NCBI GenBank assembly: GCA_051362555.1
Contig: CM120644.1
Span: 9,618,954 to 9,682,953, forward strand
Length of the DNA stretch: 64,000 nt
Reading direction: 5' to 3'
From: Lingula anatina
Lineage: Eukaryota; Animalia; Brachiopoda
Notes under the pieces: model-generated
The model's database searches: none
Seen by the model: only the letters and a program-made list of their open reading frames with translations
Told to the model about the DNA's origin: nothing
Made by a program: the position numbers and the translations under genes
Shown: piece by piece, positions 23,101 through 37,500 of the stretch
Position numbering within the stretch: the stretch's first letter is position 1
Layout: each line of letters begins with the position of its first letter

Positions 23101-23830
23101 GCCCCCGTTTCACAAAAAAACTTAAGTCGGTTTCCCTGACTTAGGGCTTGGTTACCAACGTAGATCTAATTAAGTCGTTACGTCACTAAGTCCCGTTTCA
23201 CAAAGAATCTAAAAGGTCGCTTACGTCGTTTTTCCTTAGCTGTAAGTCGACGATGTCAAGCCTCCTCGGGATGGGACTTAAGTCGGCAAGCCCAACTAAA
23301 ACTCGGTAAATGAGAGCATAAATAACAAAAATGTGGAAAGAACATACCTCCTTAAAGATATTGTGTTATAATGTCCTTGAATAGCACTGACATTTATGGA
23401 ATATTGAAATAAAAAATAAAATGCCACTTCACCCAGCCGATCGCGTGTTTGTTTATGTTTTTGACCGCTAGACGTCCTTCAGCAGTGTTCCACGACAAGC
23501 TTAAGTTTAACTGTTACTTTGAAGTTGTATCGAAGTTAAACTAATCAATAAAGTTCAAAAACAAACTTTGTTTGTGATTTGGCTGATTTTTATTGTTGAT
23601 AAAAGATCGTTCTCGGCCGAAAGAGGCCATGGAACGTCATGTCTTGCGAAATTTTACACCTCCTTTTCTTGAAGAGTTTCTCGTGCGCGTCGACTACGGT
23701 AAGCACGCCAAGGTAACACGTTAGATTCTTTGTGAAACACTCCTAGTCGACTTCAGCTAAGTCGACCTAGCTAGGCCATCCAGCTCGAGTAAGTCGTCTA
23801 CGGATTTAAGATTCTTTGTGAAACGGGAGC
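23101..23830. mobile_element. Harbinger-family MITE body (730 bp), now chimeric through inversion
   Basis: Left end GCCCCCGTTTCACAAA, right end TGTGAAACGGGAGC, CWG flanks. The left ~330 bp resembles the MITE at 30890-31192. Confidence 0.75.
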
Positions 23831-23880
23831 CAGGAGCATATCATTCCACAGTCATTTATCTCCCCCATAGTAGGCCTATT

Positions 23881-26800
23881 CCCAGATAGCAAGCATACGT
23901 TGGGCCAACGTAGGGGAATCGTTGGTTTGTTGGCATATAGTTGGCGTTGGTAGTAATACGTTGGCCCAACGTTGGCCCAACCACATCATAATATGCACTA
24001 CATAACTGCAATATGCTCACGTTGGCCCAACGTATCCAATCAACAACTCATTAGAAATGAATAATGTTTCTGTTATAATAAAAATGTTTCTGTTCACAAC
24101 TGAGAATCACATGTGCTTATCTATTGATCAGTAACATATAGGTTTTAGGATTAAAAGAAATTAATTTTTTTTATGAACAGTTTGTCAAATTCCTTGGGTT
24201 AAAAAACAGTTTTCTGCTTTTATTGGTCTTCCAAGCTATATACTCTCATATATAGTACATAGACTTCACCTATAAAAAATAACTGAGTGAACAAATTTAT
24301 ATTTTTAAATAATGCTGTGAACATATTTATTATTATTGCTATTATAATTGTTGTTATTGAAATCAGACAAATGATTGAAATCTTATTATAATGTACAATT
24401 GCAAAATATATAAATTTTAAACTTTATAGTTAGCATCAATTGACTTTTGATTAAAGTAAACCGGTAACTTTCACTGGACCAGATTCATTACAAGCCAGGT
24501 GTTTATCTTAACTGTCAGTTTGATATAAACAGTTTGCCTACTGCCTGCTCAAACAGGTCAAATAACTATACATAGCACAGTCTTAGGCGCGCGGTCCGTT
24601 GAGCCAATTCAAAAATCTAAGCCAGAAGGTCAGAAATGTTCTAAGGAAGAGGCAAGAATTACGACTGAAAGCATTGATTTCTGGATATAAAAAGAAGACA
24701 TCTTTTTGGAAATTAGAAAATGAAGAGATAAAGAGACAGGATAAGAAGTGAGCATGTACTGGTAAGTGGCTTTTTAATTGTGTATTTTCCCATTATTTAC
24801 TGATGCACCAGGATCCATACAGCCTTGAAAAGTGTTCAAATTTAGTCCAGCACTTTGGACTAGCTAGTTTAAATGTATCTAGTTTAAATGTCTCTACTTT
24901 AAATGTAACTTTGAAAAGTACTTGAAAATGCTATTAGGCTTGAAAAAGGTTTGCATTTCAGCATTTTGTCTTTGTAAAAATATTATTTAAAACTTTGTAG
25001 TTTATTGACATGAATACAGACAATAATTCACAGATGGGGGTATACCCTAAGTTTTAATACAGTACATCATTACTTGTACTTTTATTTTCAACTTTTCATC
25101 GTCAATGTGTTACAAAGACAAAGTTTAAATGAAATCAGTCCTTTTTCCTTTGGTATGTACACTTTAAAATAACTGTATTAATGTATAACTTGCCCTCATT
25201 AGTTAAAAATCATTGAAAATGATTTGAATTAGAGCCTTAAAACTCCTTGGAAGCCAATTGTTCTTATGTGTCTGTATGAATCCTGACCAGTAAATTCTGT
25301 GATAGAGTTGTTGGAATGATTAAATGATGTGGAATTTAGTGGGACATTACAGTTGTCTAAAAACTGAATTCATGGTCAAGTGTATACGTAAGAACTAATT
25401 TAAATAAATCACTATACTAGTAAATTACTGCACACAAGACACACACTTTTGTAGTTAAGATATTGGCTGTTGACTTACTTAGAAAAGGTGGGGACATTAT
25501 CATATAATACACACCTACTAGTACTAGTTTGTATATGAAAACAGTGATTGGGGAAGAGGTACAGTCATGTTATGTACCATACATTTTCTAGCATTATAGT
25601 TCAAGTTTTTTTAATATTTAAATTTGTAGGTGCAGCACACTCTTCTGTGACTGGTTAGACAAATATATTGAGGATACATCCAACTAATTGTGCTTTGCCA
25701 AAGATCACACAGGTGCAGGACAGGAAAGAGAGAAAAAACACAAAGATTTAACTCATATGACCACTGACTTGATTTTTAAAGAGACAATGTCTGAGATTTT
25801 GCCTGAAGGAAGAGACTGTGATTTTATAGACTTGACATATAACTTATGAAAAACATCTTACCTGACATTAACAAGGGTTTCTGGTTTAAAATTTAATTTA
25901 ATGAAAATATTTTTAAAAATTGAAATGGGACAAAAAAGACTTTACTAGTAGAAAAATGCCTTGACTCCAGGAATAAGGTGAAAAGTCATAGGACTGTTGA
26001 TATTTTTTCTTGATGTGAATCATGTAACAATTGATATAAGACACACTTATTAATGTTTAAATTCAATATTATAATATCTTATAAAATTTTCTTTGTCTTT
26101 TTGTATTATTTTTCAATCCACATATCATTATTTAGTTGGTATCAGGTACATGTTTTATGTAATGTTATGAATTAATTAAACAGTTCAAAATATATCATTA
26201 ATCTTTTTATTTTAACCACAATTATTAATTGACAATTTTCCAGGTGTAGTGTAAATGATTACAGGCAGATCAAGTCCTCTGAAGGATTCATCCCTTAGAA
26301 AGCTTGCTAATTTTTCAGTCATATATCTTGCAGTTTGCAGATTTCAGATGCTCAAGACATTTCATCAGGACATTGATCTGCCTGTGCATCAGACGTGTAA
26401 TTACAGTGCCCTACCACCTATATGATTTTTAAAAAAATTATTTTGCCTTTAGCTCAATGTTGGGTCACTGTAAATCACTGTGCCCCTGGTTTTAGGTTGG
26501 GTCATAAGTTGTTGTGCAAATTGCAGATAACTTGGTGACCAGTTGGCTTACCGTTGGGCCAATGCGGATGCATTGTTGGTTTGAGGTTGGGAAATTGTTG
26601 GACCAATGTTGGTTATTAGTTGGCCCAATGTAGGGCCAACGCAGTTTGGTTGGATAATTGTTGGACTGATGTTGGCTATTAGTAGAACCAACGTAAATAC
26701 ACTGTTGGTTACAGGTTGGGTAATTGTTGGACCAATGTTGGTTATTAGTTGGCCCAACGTAGGGCCAACGCAGTTTGGTTGGGAATACGTTGGCAATGCG

Positions 26801-26905
26801 TTGGCATTAAAAAGACGTTCAGCCAACCGTTGGCCAAAGTGAGCACTTAGATGGAACCCAACGTTGGGCCAACGTTGCACGGTCAACCAAGGCAACGTTG
26901 GGCCA
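23881..26905. mobile_element. Non-autonomous EnSpm/CACTA-like DNA transposon, right terminus truncated
   Basis: Starts CCCAGATAGCAAG. Clusters of palindromic GTTGGSCCAAC subterminal repeats at both ends (23898-24035 and 26550-26905). No coding capacity. Superfamily call is by resemblance only. Confidence 0.5.
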
Positions 26906-29239
26906 AAAAATGAGAAAAAATGAGAAAATTAAAAATGTGCACATAATGAAAATCTGACTCCCCCATGAAAATATGACTGCCCCTCCACAAAACTTCATGA
27001 ATCTTATTTTATTTTGAGTATATGACTGTGATCTTGTAGAATGTAAAAAGGAGGATAGATTGGCACATTTTTTGTAGTTTGCTGGTGAAAAATTATGTGA
27101 AAAAGTAAGAAAATTAAAAATGAGCAAATAATGAAAATCTGACTCCCACATGAAAATATGACTGCCCCTCCACAAAACTTCATGAATCTTATTTTATTTT
27201 GAGTATGTGACTGTGATCTTGTAGTATGTGAAATGGAGGATACATTGGCGCTTTTTTGTAATTTGCAGGTGAAAAATATATTGGAAATATTTAAAGGTTT
27301 GATGATAAAATAGTGAAAGCATGAAAAAGAATTCATGAAAATCTTTATTTTTACACCTATGAGATTTGGACTCCCATGGAGAAAAGGACCCATTTTATAT
27401 TCAGTCACCATACCACTGTTTTCCACATAGTTTGCATAGAGATGGATATTTTGTCATTATTTGAAAGTTTGATGATGAAAATTTTGGTCAATATTTTTAA
27501 AACAAGTATCCATCTTTATTCTTGTAGGTTTTGCACTCCCATGTCAAAACACTACATTTTTAACACAAGAAATTGGCCACATCGCCTTTTTATTTAATTC
27601 TTCTTATATAGCATACCCAACAAAACACTTGCTTTTGTTTTCCCATTATTTTCCCCAAAGCTGGATGAAAGATGGGGGTTAAAAATTTTTATTTTCATAT
27701 AGCTTAGTTTGCAGAGTTATCATTATATATACAATGAAAAGTATGTGGAAAATAGTGATATAATGACTGAATAAAAAATAATTGTCCTTTTCATGGGTGT
27801 AAAATAAATATTATACTGAATTTCTCACTATTTTTAAATTTCAAACACTTATTGCAAAAATTTTTACCCACAAAATTTAAATATTCCACATATGTTCTCC
27901 ATAAGAAAACTAAAAAGTAGAAACATTTAAATGTGTGCTAAATATAAAATAAGTGCTTTTAACTAGGGGTGTCAAAATCCCACTGGTACAAGAATGCAAA
28001 TTTATTATCCATTTTTCATTTATTTTCACGCAGTATTTTACCATAAAACTTTTTAATATTTCCAATTTTTTCATAAAGGTTCATAAAAGAAAAGTTGTCA
28101 GAATGATCATCAAACATCAAATAAATAGCTTTTTATAGGGGAGCCATTGGGTGTTAGAAAACAAATCCTTAATTTTTCTTATTTTCATGTGTTTTATTAC
28201 TTTTTTTCTCTCAATTTTTTAACCATGTGCACATTTTCAATTTTCTTATTTTTTCATTAAAATTTTCACTGCAAACTACAAAAAATGTGTCAATGTATCA
28301 ACCATTTTACATGCTACAGGATCACAGTCATATACTCAAAATAAAATAAGATTTATGAAGTTTTGTGGTGGGTGAGTCAAATTTTCATGGGGGAGTCAGA
28401 TTTTCATTATGTGCACATTTTTAATTTTCTCATTTTTTTCATTAAAATTTTCACTGCAAACTACAAAAAATGTGCCAATGTATCAACCATTTTACATGCT
28501 ACAGGATCACAGTCATATACTCAAAATAAAATAAGATTTATGAAGTTTTGTGGCGGGGGAGTCAAATTTTCATGGGGGAGTCAGATTTTCATTATGTGCA
28601 CATTTTTAATTTTCTCAATTTTTTATTAATATTTTCACTGCAAACTACAAAAAATGTGCCAATGTATCAACCATTTTACATAATACAAGATCACAGTCAT
28701 ATACTCAAAATAAAATAAGATTTATGAAGTTTTGTGGAGGGGGAGTCAAATTTTCATGGGGGAGTCCGATTTTCATTATGTGCTCATTTTTAATTTTCTT
28801 ATTTGTTCATTAAAATTCTCACTGCAAACTACAAAAAATGTGCCAATGTATCAACCATTTTACATACTACAAGATCACAGTCATATACTAAATTAATAAG
28901 AGATTAATGAATGTTTTTTTTTGTAGGGGAGTCAAATTTTCATAGGGGAACCACATTTTCATTATGTGCACATTTTTAATTTTTCTTTTTTTATGAAAAT
29001 TTTCACCTGCAAACTACAAAAAAGTGCCAATGTATCATCCATTATGCATACTACAAAATCATAGTCATTTACTCAAATAAAATGAGATTAATGAATGTTT
29101 TTTTTGGGGGGGGAGTTAAAATTTCATAGGGGGAGTCAGATTTTCATTATGAAAATCTGACTGGGGAGTCACATTTTCATAATGAAAATCTGACTGGGGA
29201 GTCACATTTTAGGGCAGTCAGATTTTCATGGTACACCGG
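26906..29239. mobile_element. Foldback-like element with inverted arms built from a ~184-bp tandem unit; left arm truncated
   Basis: ATCACAGTCATATACTC recurs at 28321, 28506, 28690, 28874, 29058, with reverse-complement copies at 26906-27290. Axis near 27600. Ends ...GATTTTCATGGTACACCGG. Confidence 0.75.
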
Positions 29240-29269
29240 AATGTACGTTAAACAATTAACATGGGCAAT

Positions 29270-29545
29270 ATGTTATCTTGACGTCTCCTAAGAGACCAAT
29301 CTTCAGTGAACGATGTACGCGACTTCACTATTGAAACCCTCACTTCATATGTGGTGTCCTTCATTACATGTTACATTTTCCATATCGCTGTTATTCATTT
29401 AAAAACATACGTCCACTATGACATACGTCTTTTTCATGGGATTTCACAAGCATTTTGCTGTAAAATATTCCTTCATTGATCCTCTAACCGCCCAGTCATC
29501 AGCAGAAGATCAGATGTCTTTCACTCTTTTGTAAATCTTAATTAG
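29270..29545 (-). pseudogene. Decayed partial copy of the KEN-domain last exon plus 3' flank
   Basis: KIYKRVKDI*SSADDWAVRGSMKEYFTA aligns with the last exons at 31391-31556 and 60234-60399. In-frame stop; 5' half of the exon missing. Confidence 0.8.
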
Positions 29546-30889
29546 CCATTTATGTTGCTAAATTTTCACAAGTACAATGAAGCTCTGTTTTAGCTGAAAG
29601 GTAAATAAGATAAAGTCCATATGACTGAAAATCGCATTTATTAATGACGAAAAATAATGAGATACAAAGTTACAAAAATTGGAGGATAATCATACATCTC
29701 CATTCTATATAACTGTCATTATATGAAATTAAGTGGGTTAATGAGTGCAGCCAAGATAAATTAAGAAAATATGTGAAACAGCAACAGCTATTAAAGCAAA
29801 AAGTTGGCATAAGTGAAAATTTTTGACAGGCTGGCAAAATGTCCACATAAAAATTATACAACAAAGTGAATAATCTTCCAATGTATCTGCAAACCTGCAT
29901 TAGGGAACAATACGGGTAAATATCACCGTAGTTAAAACACTAATATACATGTAGCTGATAAATATAGCTGCTAAAAACATTGATCATAACAACTACATGT
30001 GTGTGCCTAGATACACAGCGGTTGAGACATTTCAGTTCCACGGACATTTGTTATCACCCTGCCTTGGTCAACTACTTTAAAGTTAAATGTGCAAAGACAA
30101 ACCCCAAAATAAGACTATTTCCTATAAAAAATATCGTTGATGTATACATAAATATAAGTGAAACCACCACAAAAACAAATCATTTTCTACATAAATACAA
30201 TTATTTGTAATTATCTAAAATGTTGCTTAGAGAAAATACAAAAACACAATATCCCCTTCCAATAACGCAATTTTTCGCTGCAATCTAAATTGTAGGGAAA
30301 TTTAGCGATTAAAACGTGATAAAACTATCATTACGTTAATAATTTTATAAAAAGTAAGCGAAAGAGGTAAAAAAATAATTCCAGTTTCTAGCAGTCGGGC
30401 CCACCTTAAAAAGAACTCGGTGCCTAGTCAGTAAGCAATCCATTTTCAGATACATTCCCGCTCAGCTGTCTCCCTGGTCGGCTTATCAATCTAAAAGCAC
30501 TTAAATTATCAAAATGTCTTAAGTATTCTACATTCTGTACCAAAAATGAAAACAAAAATTAAAGAACACACAATCGTTGTCATAAAGAATGCTGCAATTG
30601 CTGTTTCGAAAATATTGTTTCATTCAAGATAAGCATTTTGTTGGTCCAAACTAATTTTTGTTTTAGTGATAAAAAATTTTTGTAACATTTTTGAGTACTA
30701 TTTCTACTATAGAAGTTTTAAAACTATATATCACAACCCACCTACACAGCTGTGACGTCACCCACGGTGTAGGTGCAGTTGAATATAAAACTTCACAAAG
30801 ATAAATGACATAAAATTCGCTACGTAAAAACCACATTTGTGATCACTGAATGTATGTTCACCATTTTACATGGGTAATATCTTATCCTG

Positions 30890-31192
30890 GCCCCCATTTC
30901 ATACAAAAAAGGTTAAGTCGGGTCATTCGGTTACTTCGTCACTATGTCCCAATTCAAGGAATTCTTAAAGGCCGCTTACGTGGTTCTTTTCTTTCTTAGC
31001 TGCTAGTCGACGAAGCCTAGCCTCCTCGAGAGGTACCTTAAGACAGCAAGCACAGATAAAACTCGGTAAATCAACAACAATACTTTCGAAAGTATGTACC
31101 TTACTCAAGATATTTTTATGATATCTTTGAATATTAATGAAATTATTGGTTTTAAAAAAAGCAGCATCACTCAGCTCTTTGTGAAACGGGGT
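30890..31192. mobile_element. Harbinger-family MITE in the 3' flank of the kinase-RNase gene
   Basis: CTG TSD (30887-30889, 31193-31195); ends GCCCCCATTTCA / TGAAACGGGGT. Removing it restores colinearity with the paralogous sequence at 60101-60135. Confidence 0.75.
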
Positions 31193-31390
31193 CTGGGCTC
31201 CACCGTGAGGTCAATATTCAGTAAAAGACATAAGCGACTTATGCCAGTAACAAAGTCCTCTTATGATATAGGCCATCGCTTCTTTAAATGTTACATTTCG
31301 ATACATTTCCATATCGCTAGTATTTCTTTTTTTTTTAATGTAATGACAGACATCAATCATGACATCGTCTTTTAAGGGGATTGATTAACA

Positions 31391-31556
31391 TTATGCAGGA
31401 AAATATTCCTTCAGTGACCCTCTAACCGTCCAGTCATCAGCAGACGACCGGGTGTCTCTCACAGTTTTGTAAACCATCAAGAACAGCTCGTCAAAAGGTA
31501 GCTTGGCGGTGAAATACGTCATGGGATTACCTACAGTGGCTTGTATAGCGGGCGGC
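31391..31556 (-). CDS. Last exon, KEN RNase C-terminus
   Basis: PPAIQATVGNPMTYFTAKLPFDELFLMVYKTV...W..RGSLKEYFPA*; acceptor TTTCCAG. Confidence 0.85.
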
Positions 31557-34500
31557 CTGGAAATAGATTCATTAAATGTATAAGATCGTCACTTTCCTTT
31601 AAAATACATATGTACTGAGATCCGGCATAACAACTGGAAATTTCCTCTCAAGTAAAAGAGAAAAAAGCACACTACATACAGTTCTCATGTAGATGTTTGA
31701 ACAGTTTCATCAGTTTCGTCAGTTTGAACAGTTTCATCAATTTGATACCTTATAGGAAGAAAATTCCTTTTGTTACAGTGCAGTTCAGATTATCAGAGAT
31801 TTACATTTTAAAAACTGGACATTTTAATAGAACTTAACCTTTTAAGATGTGTTTGTGAAAAAGTCTTTTTGATTAATATTTTCTGGATTAGCTATTATTA
31901 TGCTGCAAGTCATATAGTTTTCTGTCTCTCCAAGAACTCTGATGTGTTACTATAAACTATATTAGTTGGATTAATCGTGTTTTACATCCTTCTTCCCAAA
32001 CTTAACATAGGGTTATCCCACTAAGATGTCCGTATCGCTGAGCTAAAACCAACTTATTCAGAAATTTCCCGAAAATGGATAAGTATATTTACTGCTACAC
32101 ACTGAAAATAATGTTAATATTAGGAAAATTAAGAATATATCATTCTTACTTATCTTTGAGATGGACGTCCACATTTCGTATGAATCGAAGAAGTCTGCAT
32201 ATGCTAGAGCTGTAGCTAATTGGTTTTGTAAATTTGTCATAAAGAGCTTGATTGAGCAAGTCCTTCTGTAAAACATTGATTTATAAAACTTGGTATATTT
32301 ATCTCTGTTAGTACAGTACAAAAATGGTGCGACAGATTTTCCATTGGCCCTTGTATTGTGATGGTAAAAGAATCAATCGTTTTTGAATTGAGGAAACGTC
32401 ATGCATCATGAAAAATAACTATTTATTTCCTTTAAATCATTATTAATGACTAACTATTTTTTGTTTCACAGCTTAGATATGCACCTAACGCTGCATAATA
32501 AACGGTTGACGTACAGTGCCGCCTGAAATCCCCCTTACTTACTCTGCGGGTCGCCGCGGGTTGTTCAGACGGTCAGGCTCGGTATCTATGGAAATAACAT
32601 TGTCATCCATGCGCTGTTTCTGTTAACAATAGTACCATGCCCTGCCCCGTCGGGTAATTATCGTGACAAACTTTCTGCTAAAAAAAGAGCCTAACCCTAG
32701 CTCGCTGAGATAAAGATCGAAGCTTAGCGTGATCGCATCTACAGTGGTCGGAATAATTTTGTTTCCGTTGTACACCGGTGTAACCACGTTCGAAATGTTT
32801 TAATCCCTATCTTGTGAATAGAAGGGGGCGGACAAACAATGGAGGGCCGTATAAATCCCTTCAAAATTCGAACGCACAAACACAATAGCTTAGGTGGAAT
32901 AACACAATACTTAATACGTGTGAACCCCATGACGCCGGTTTCTGTGGCCCAGCGCGAGCGTGACAATCCGCTGTAACTAGGTGTAATTAACAGCAGGATA
33001 TATCAGCCAGAAGGTCCCTATTGTTTGTTGCGGCGATAGGATTATAGCTTGAAGAGGCTAAACCCATGCTACCGTACTTGGATTAAGAATGTGTACATTT
33101 ACCCCGTGGACCATTTGAAGATTACACTGCGATTAATGAGGTGGAAAATACAATAGAGAGAGTGTATAATGATAGGGTCGCTAAACGATTGTTGACGGCA
33201 TATAGTAACTAGCCTAATCCCCTGGTCGCCTGGGTAGCCACGCCCCCTTAGAGTACTTATGTAAACAAACGGTCTCCCGTAGCGAACTATCCTTTTGTTC
33301 AACAGCTTCGCGCGTGCAGCTGATTATGTATGTAGTGACACTATAGCTAACTGCATATAAATTTGTGCTAGCTGTTATTTGATTCATTCTGCTGTGTCGG
33401 ATGTTGTGGATCAGCCCACTGGTTCGTCGACTTATGTTTTTCTGAAGTTTGGTGGTGCAGATTTTGAGTGCTTAGTTATTTACCCTCCTTCTAACAAGAG
33501 AAAGGGGAAGGGAGATAAAAAGAGAGAGTGTCAAATGAAACGGGTAATGAGTAATACATTACATTAAATAAAGGGACTCGCGGTGGAAGAAACGATAGAC
33601 TGTTTTGCATCAAGGTATGCCATTATAATCCGACATGGCCCATAACATGATCCATAACATGACTCATTGTTGTATGCCTTATATTTGTGCCGACTTATAT
33701 TTTACTCTCGTTCATTTCGTGAAACTATTTCCTTGAATAAAGTTTTGCCTGTATAAATTAACTTTGTGACATGAAGTAATTAATAAAACGCGCCTGTTGA
33801 AAAGGGGGCTTTTCGTAACTAATAAAGGTTCACTATTCAGAAAAATATCGTCGCCGTTCGTCGCCGCTACCTTCAGGAAAGCGTACCCTCCGCGTGGATC
33901 ACCGGCATTTTTGATAATCTGACAAATTAGCACAATTTACGTTTTAGCTAATAATTCTGAATTTACTAATATTTTGGACTAAATTCGATGTCAGATTGAT
34001 AGCAATGACGGAGAGCCGCCAGAGTAACTGACGGACTCTCTACTGATTGTTTCATCTATGCGGATGATACTTCCCTCTTTATGCCCTCGCGTCGGGGAGA
34101 TGTTGATTCACATGCTATATTACAAGGTGACCTACGTACCATTGAAAATTGGTCCAATAAATGGAAACTCAATTTTAAACCGGCAAAGTGCCGCGAAATT
34201 ATATTCGGCAAAGAAAATGATAATAGTGCATACCCTGAATTGTATATAAACAATACCATGATACCTAGGACAAAGAGCCACAAACACCTGGGACTAGTAC
34301 ATGATTCAAAACTAAATTTTAATGATCATACTGATCATGTTTGCGAAAAGGTTCAACGGGCCGTAAATGCACTAAAACCTCTATACTGCAAAGTTAGGTC
34401 CAAACATTTAAATGTTATATATAATGCCTTTATCCAATCACAATTTGATTACTGTGACATATTCTATCATAACTCACTCCAGAAGAAATTATCGAAACTA

Positions 34501-37500
34501 TCGTCTCTTCAATACCAAGCCGGCAAAATAGTACTGGGAGCCTTACCTAGCTCTTGTACCTCCAAAATATTTGAACAACTAAATTGGATTTCTCTATTTG
34601 ATAGAAGAAAAATGCATGCTCAAAAAATTATGTTTTCAGTCATGGCGAATTTGGTCCCCTCCTATGTTTCTGATATATTCCGCCCATTCAGAAACCCTTT
34701 TCCAATCATAACCCGAGAAAATAACAAAAGAGACTTTAAACTTCCTCCTAAATACCCCCGTACCTCAGTTAACTATTTTCTGATGTCTTCATGGGATCAA
34801 CTCTCCTCCTCCACTAAATCTTTACCTTCAATCTCATCTTTCAAGAACTCGATAAAAAAACACCTCACTGCTGGGTCGCTTTCAACAACAACACTAAACT
34901 TGAACAGAAACCATGAAAAAATTCTTAACAGAGCGAGGGTCGGTTGTTTATTTAGAGCAGAATTGTTTAGGCATAACTGGACTACTATTGATACACCACA
35001 CTGCACCTGTGGTGCCCTTGAAACCCCTCTTCACTTTTTCTTCAGATGCCCTCTACTCAATTCAAAGTACCCTCCCCTTTACCAAAAAATAAATGAAACT
35101 CTACATGCAAGCAAGACCTCTTTCAAAACACAAAAAGAAAAGCTGTCGTTATTTCTCTACGGTCATAAATCCTTATCACCCACCCAAAATGAAATTATCT
35201 TCGACACTGTTGCAAATTTTCTTCTCGTAAACTTTGTTATCACTTAATAGGTATTATCTCTTTTCCTCTTCTTTCTTTCTGTACTTAACTTGTGCTCCTG
35301 ATATATATATGAAGTTTTACATTTACTCTGTTGTATATATGTATATACTTATTCATTTGTTTTATTTATTTATTTACTTATTTAATTTAATTTTGTGGAG
35401 AGCATATAATGCTTCCAGCGCCTTGCCTCCACTTCATTCTTTTGAATAAACGTTGTTTAAAAAAAAAAAAGTAACTGTTTAATTTTCTAAACTAATCAAA
35501 CTAGAACGCGTGGCGATAAAATGTGTCGCTAGATCTTGTAAACACTCAGTGAAATGCACCTAGTGACTATATTCAATGTGCCGTCACTTAATTGCTTTCT
35601 CGATTTCATTAATTGACGATAGTAATTGCAGATAACAAGGAAGAGGAAATGCTGAAGACAAAACAACGTCGGGTCTTTGTGTGGCTTTCTCCCTAAACAC
35701 TTTTTATGTTGCTGTCAAAGAAAAAGGAGTCTAGATAGCGATTATTTAAACCACTGCTGCTGCTTTTGCAGGTAGACTTCCTCGTTTATCATTTAAATGC
35801 TCCCCTCCCCCAGCAGACCCAACTTGATGCATGTACGTCTTGGTAGCTATAGTACAGATCTTGGTTCAAGTAATGAAATGTTTAAGCACAAAACGATAAT
35901 TTGAGGCTATTTTTTCATTCAAGACAAAATAAAGTATCTATGGTGTGTGACAATAGGGACTTTACAAAGCTTAATTTGTCCTTAAATATATATTCCAGTA
36001 GCATAGGCGAGCGATGTAATAGTAACCTCAACTTGAGGTATCCTCGATGAAAGCGGAGTACAAAAATTAACTTTTTTAAATATCGATTACAACATGCTGT
36101 ACAATGATGTTGAGACTAAAGGGTTTAATGGACTTCTTTGCCTTAAAAGCAATTCATTTCAATATTAAAAGAAACAGTTTTTTCGGGGAGCGCGGGTAGA
36201 CAGTTTACGTCAGGTGATTCGTTAAAATCGAGGAGTGTTTCACTATCAAATGTGTAAATCATATATGTCATAAAACACCATATAGTAGAAAGTTTTTTGT
36301 TACGATCTGCAACATTTGTTCATTTATATAGCAGGGCGAAGTTAAAGCCAGAGGTAAATAGAACCTAATACCGTAATCCTCCTCGTCCATTTATTTAAAT
36401 CGTATCAAAACGTTTGATACACAATGTTCATTAAATTCATAATTTTGGCGATTTATTAAAACCATATTGGTACATAAAAGTTTAAGATTAGCATAAGTTA
36501 AGCAACAACCAGTATGAAGAACAACACCCTTTTTAAATGAGGCAAGACACCCTCTTCACACTGATTATAACCTTGAGAAAGACATAATGCAACTTAAGGC
36601 AAAGGAGTTATGCAAAGTTCTTTCAACTCGTGTGTGAATACAACACTTTCTTTGTCACTTTTACAAGACAATGGAGGCGAGCAAGTAGAGTAATTACAAT
36701 ATACAATAAAAAGGACATTAGTATAGAAAGCTTACTTCGGGTCAGCCCTTTGCTTGTTCGAATGAAAGAGATAGATATCGCGCCGCGACTCCCTTTATTA
36801 AACCTTCGTGTGATTGTGTAAAAGTGTGAAAGACAGACAACGGTCTTTAGTCGCTGTTGATATTGTTCGCGATTAATATTGAAGTATAACTCCTTCGCCT
36901 GCATGTAAACGTGTTACTTTTCCTCATGTTCACTATATTTCTTTTAGGTGGTTAAGACAATGGGATGAGATCGATAAAAGTAAAGGTTAATCTAAACAAT
37001 ATTAGATGCGATTTTTGTGAAATGACTTATTAAGTGATGTGCATGTACCTAGCATGTTTAAATTCTTGAATTTCTAATTTGTTAAATCTTTCATACACGG
37101 CCTCATATATGTATTACTCTCAGGCCTTCAATATTATTGTGTTACACGGGACTCCTGGAAACCTGAAGCACAGGTCTACGGAGTCTTGTTATCCTTCATG
37201 CAGTTTTATGGCTGGGATGAACACTGCGAAGTAGAAACAGGCTTTAGTTAGCTTTACTTGATGCACGACAGTTTAAACAAAACCAGTCTGCAAGGCTTGC
37301 TTTGATTTGGCGTTATAACCTTACACTGGGTTTAAAAGAACAAATATAAATATGTTCGATGGATTAAATGCCGGCTTCGTTATATTTTAACTAAATGCGT
37401 TCATTTGCACAGTTACACAGATAATATTTTTAAGTTGTCTGTCGTTCAGCACGCATTATAGGCGAGTAGCTAAATAGTGACGGTGATCAATCTAAGCTCA

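Noticed and set aside
6596-23830. A single intact 17-kb Harbinger transposon bounded by 113-bp TIRs
   Set aside because: The flanks differ (CTG vs CAG), and the Tc1 target sequence continues at 23100 on the opposite strand rather than after 23830. An inversion explains this better.
26548-28629. ORFs such as MPWLTVQRWPNVG..., MWRGSHIF..., MWWVSQIF...
   Set aside because: Products of subterminal and tandem repeats of non-autonomous elements; no domain motifs.
32058-32321. ORF-track proteins MYCTNRDKY... and paralogous MYCTNEINI... (62215-62424)
   Set aside because: Wrong frame. The conserved KEN motif LLRFIRNVDVH is in another frame, bounded by splice sites.
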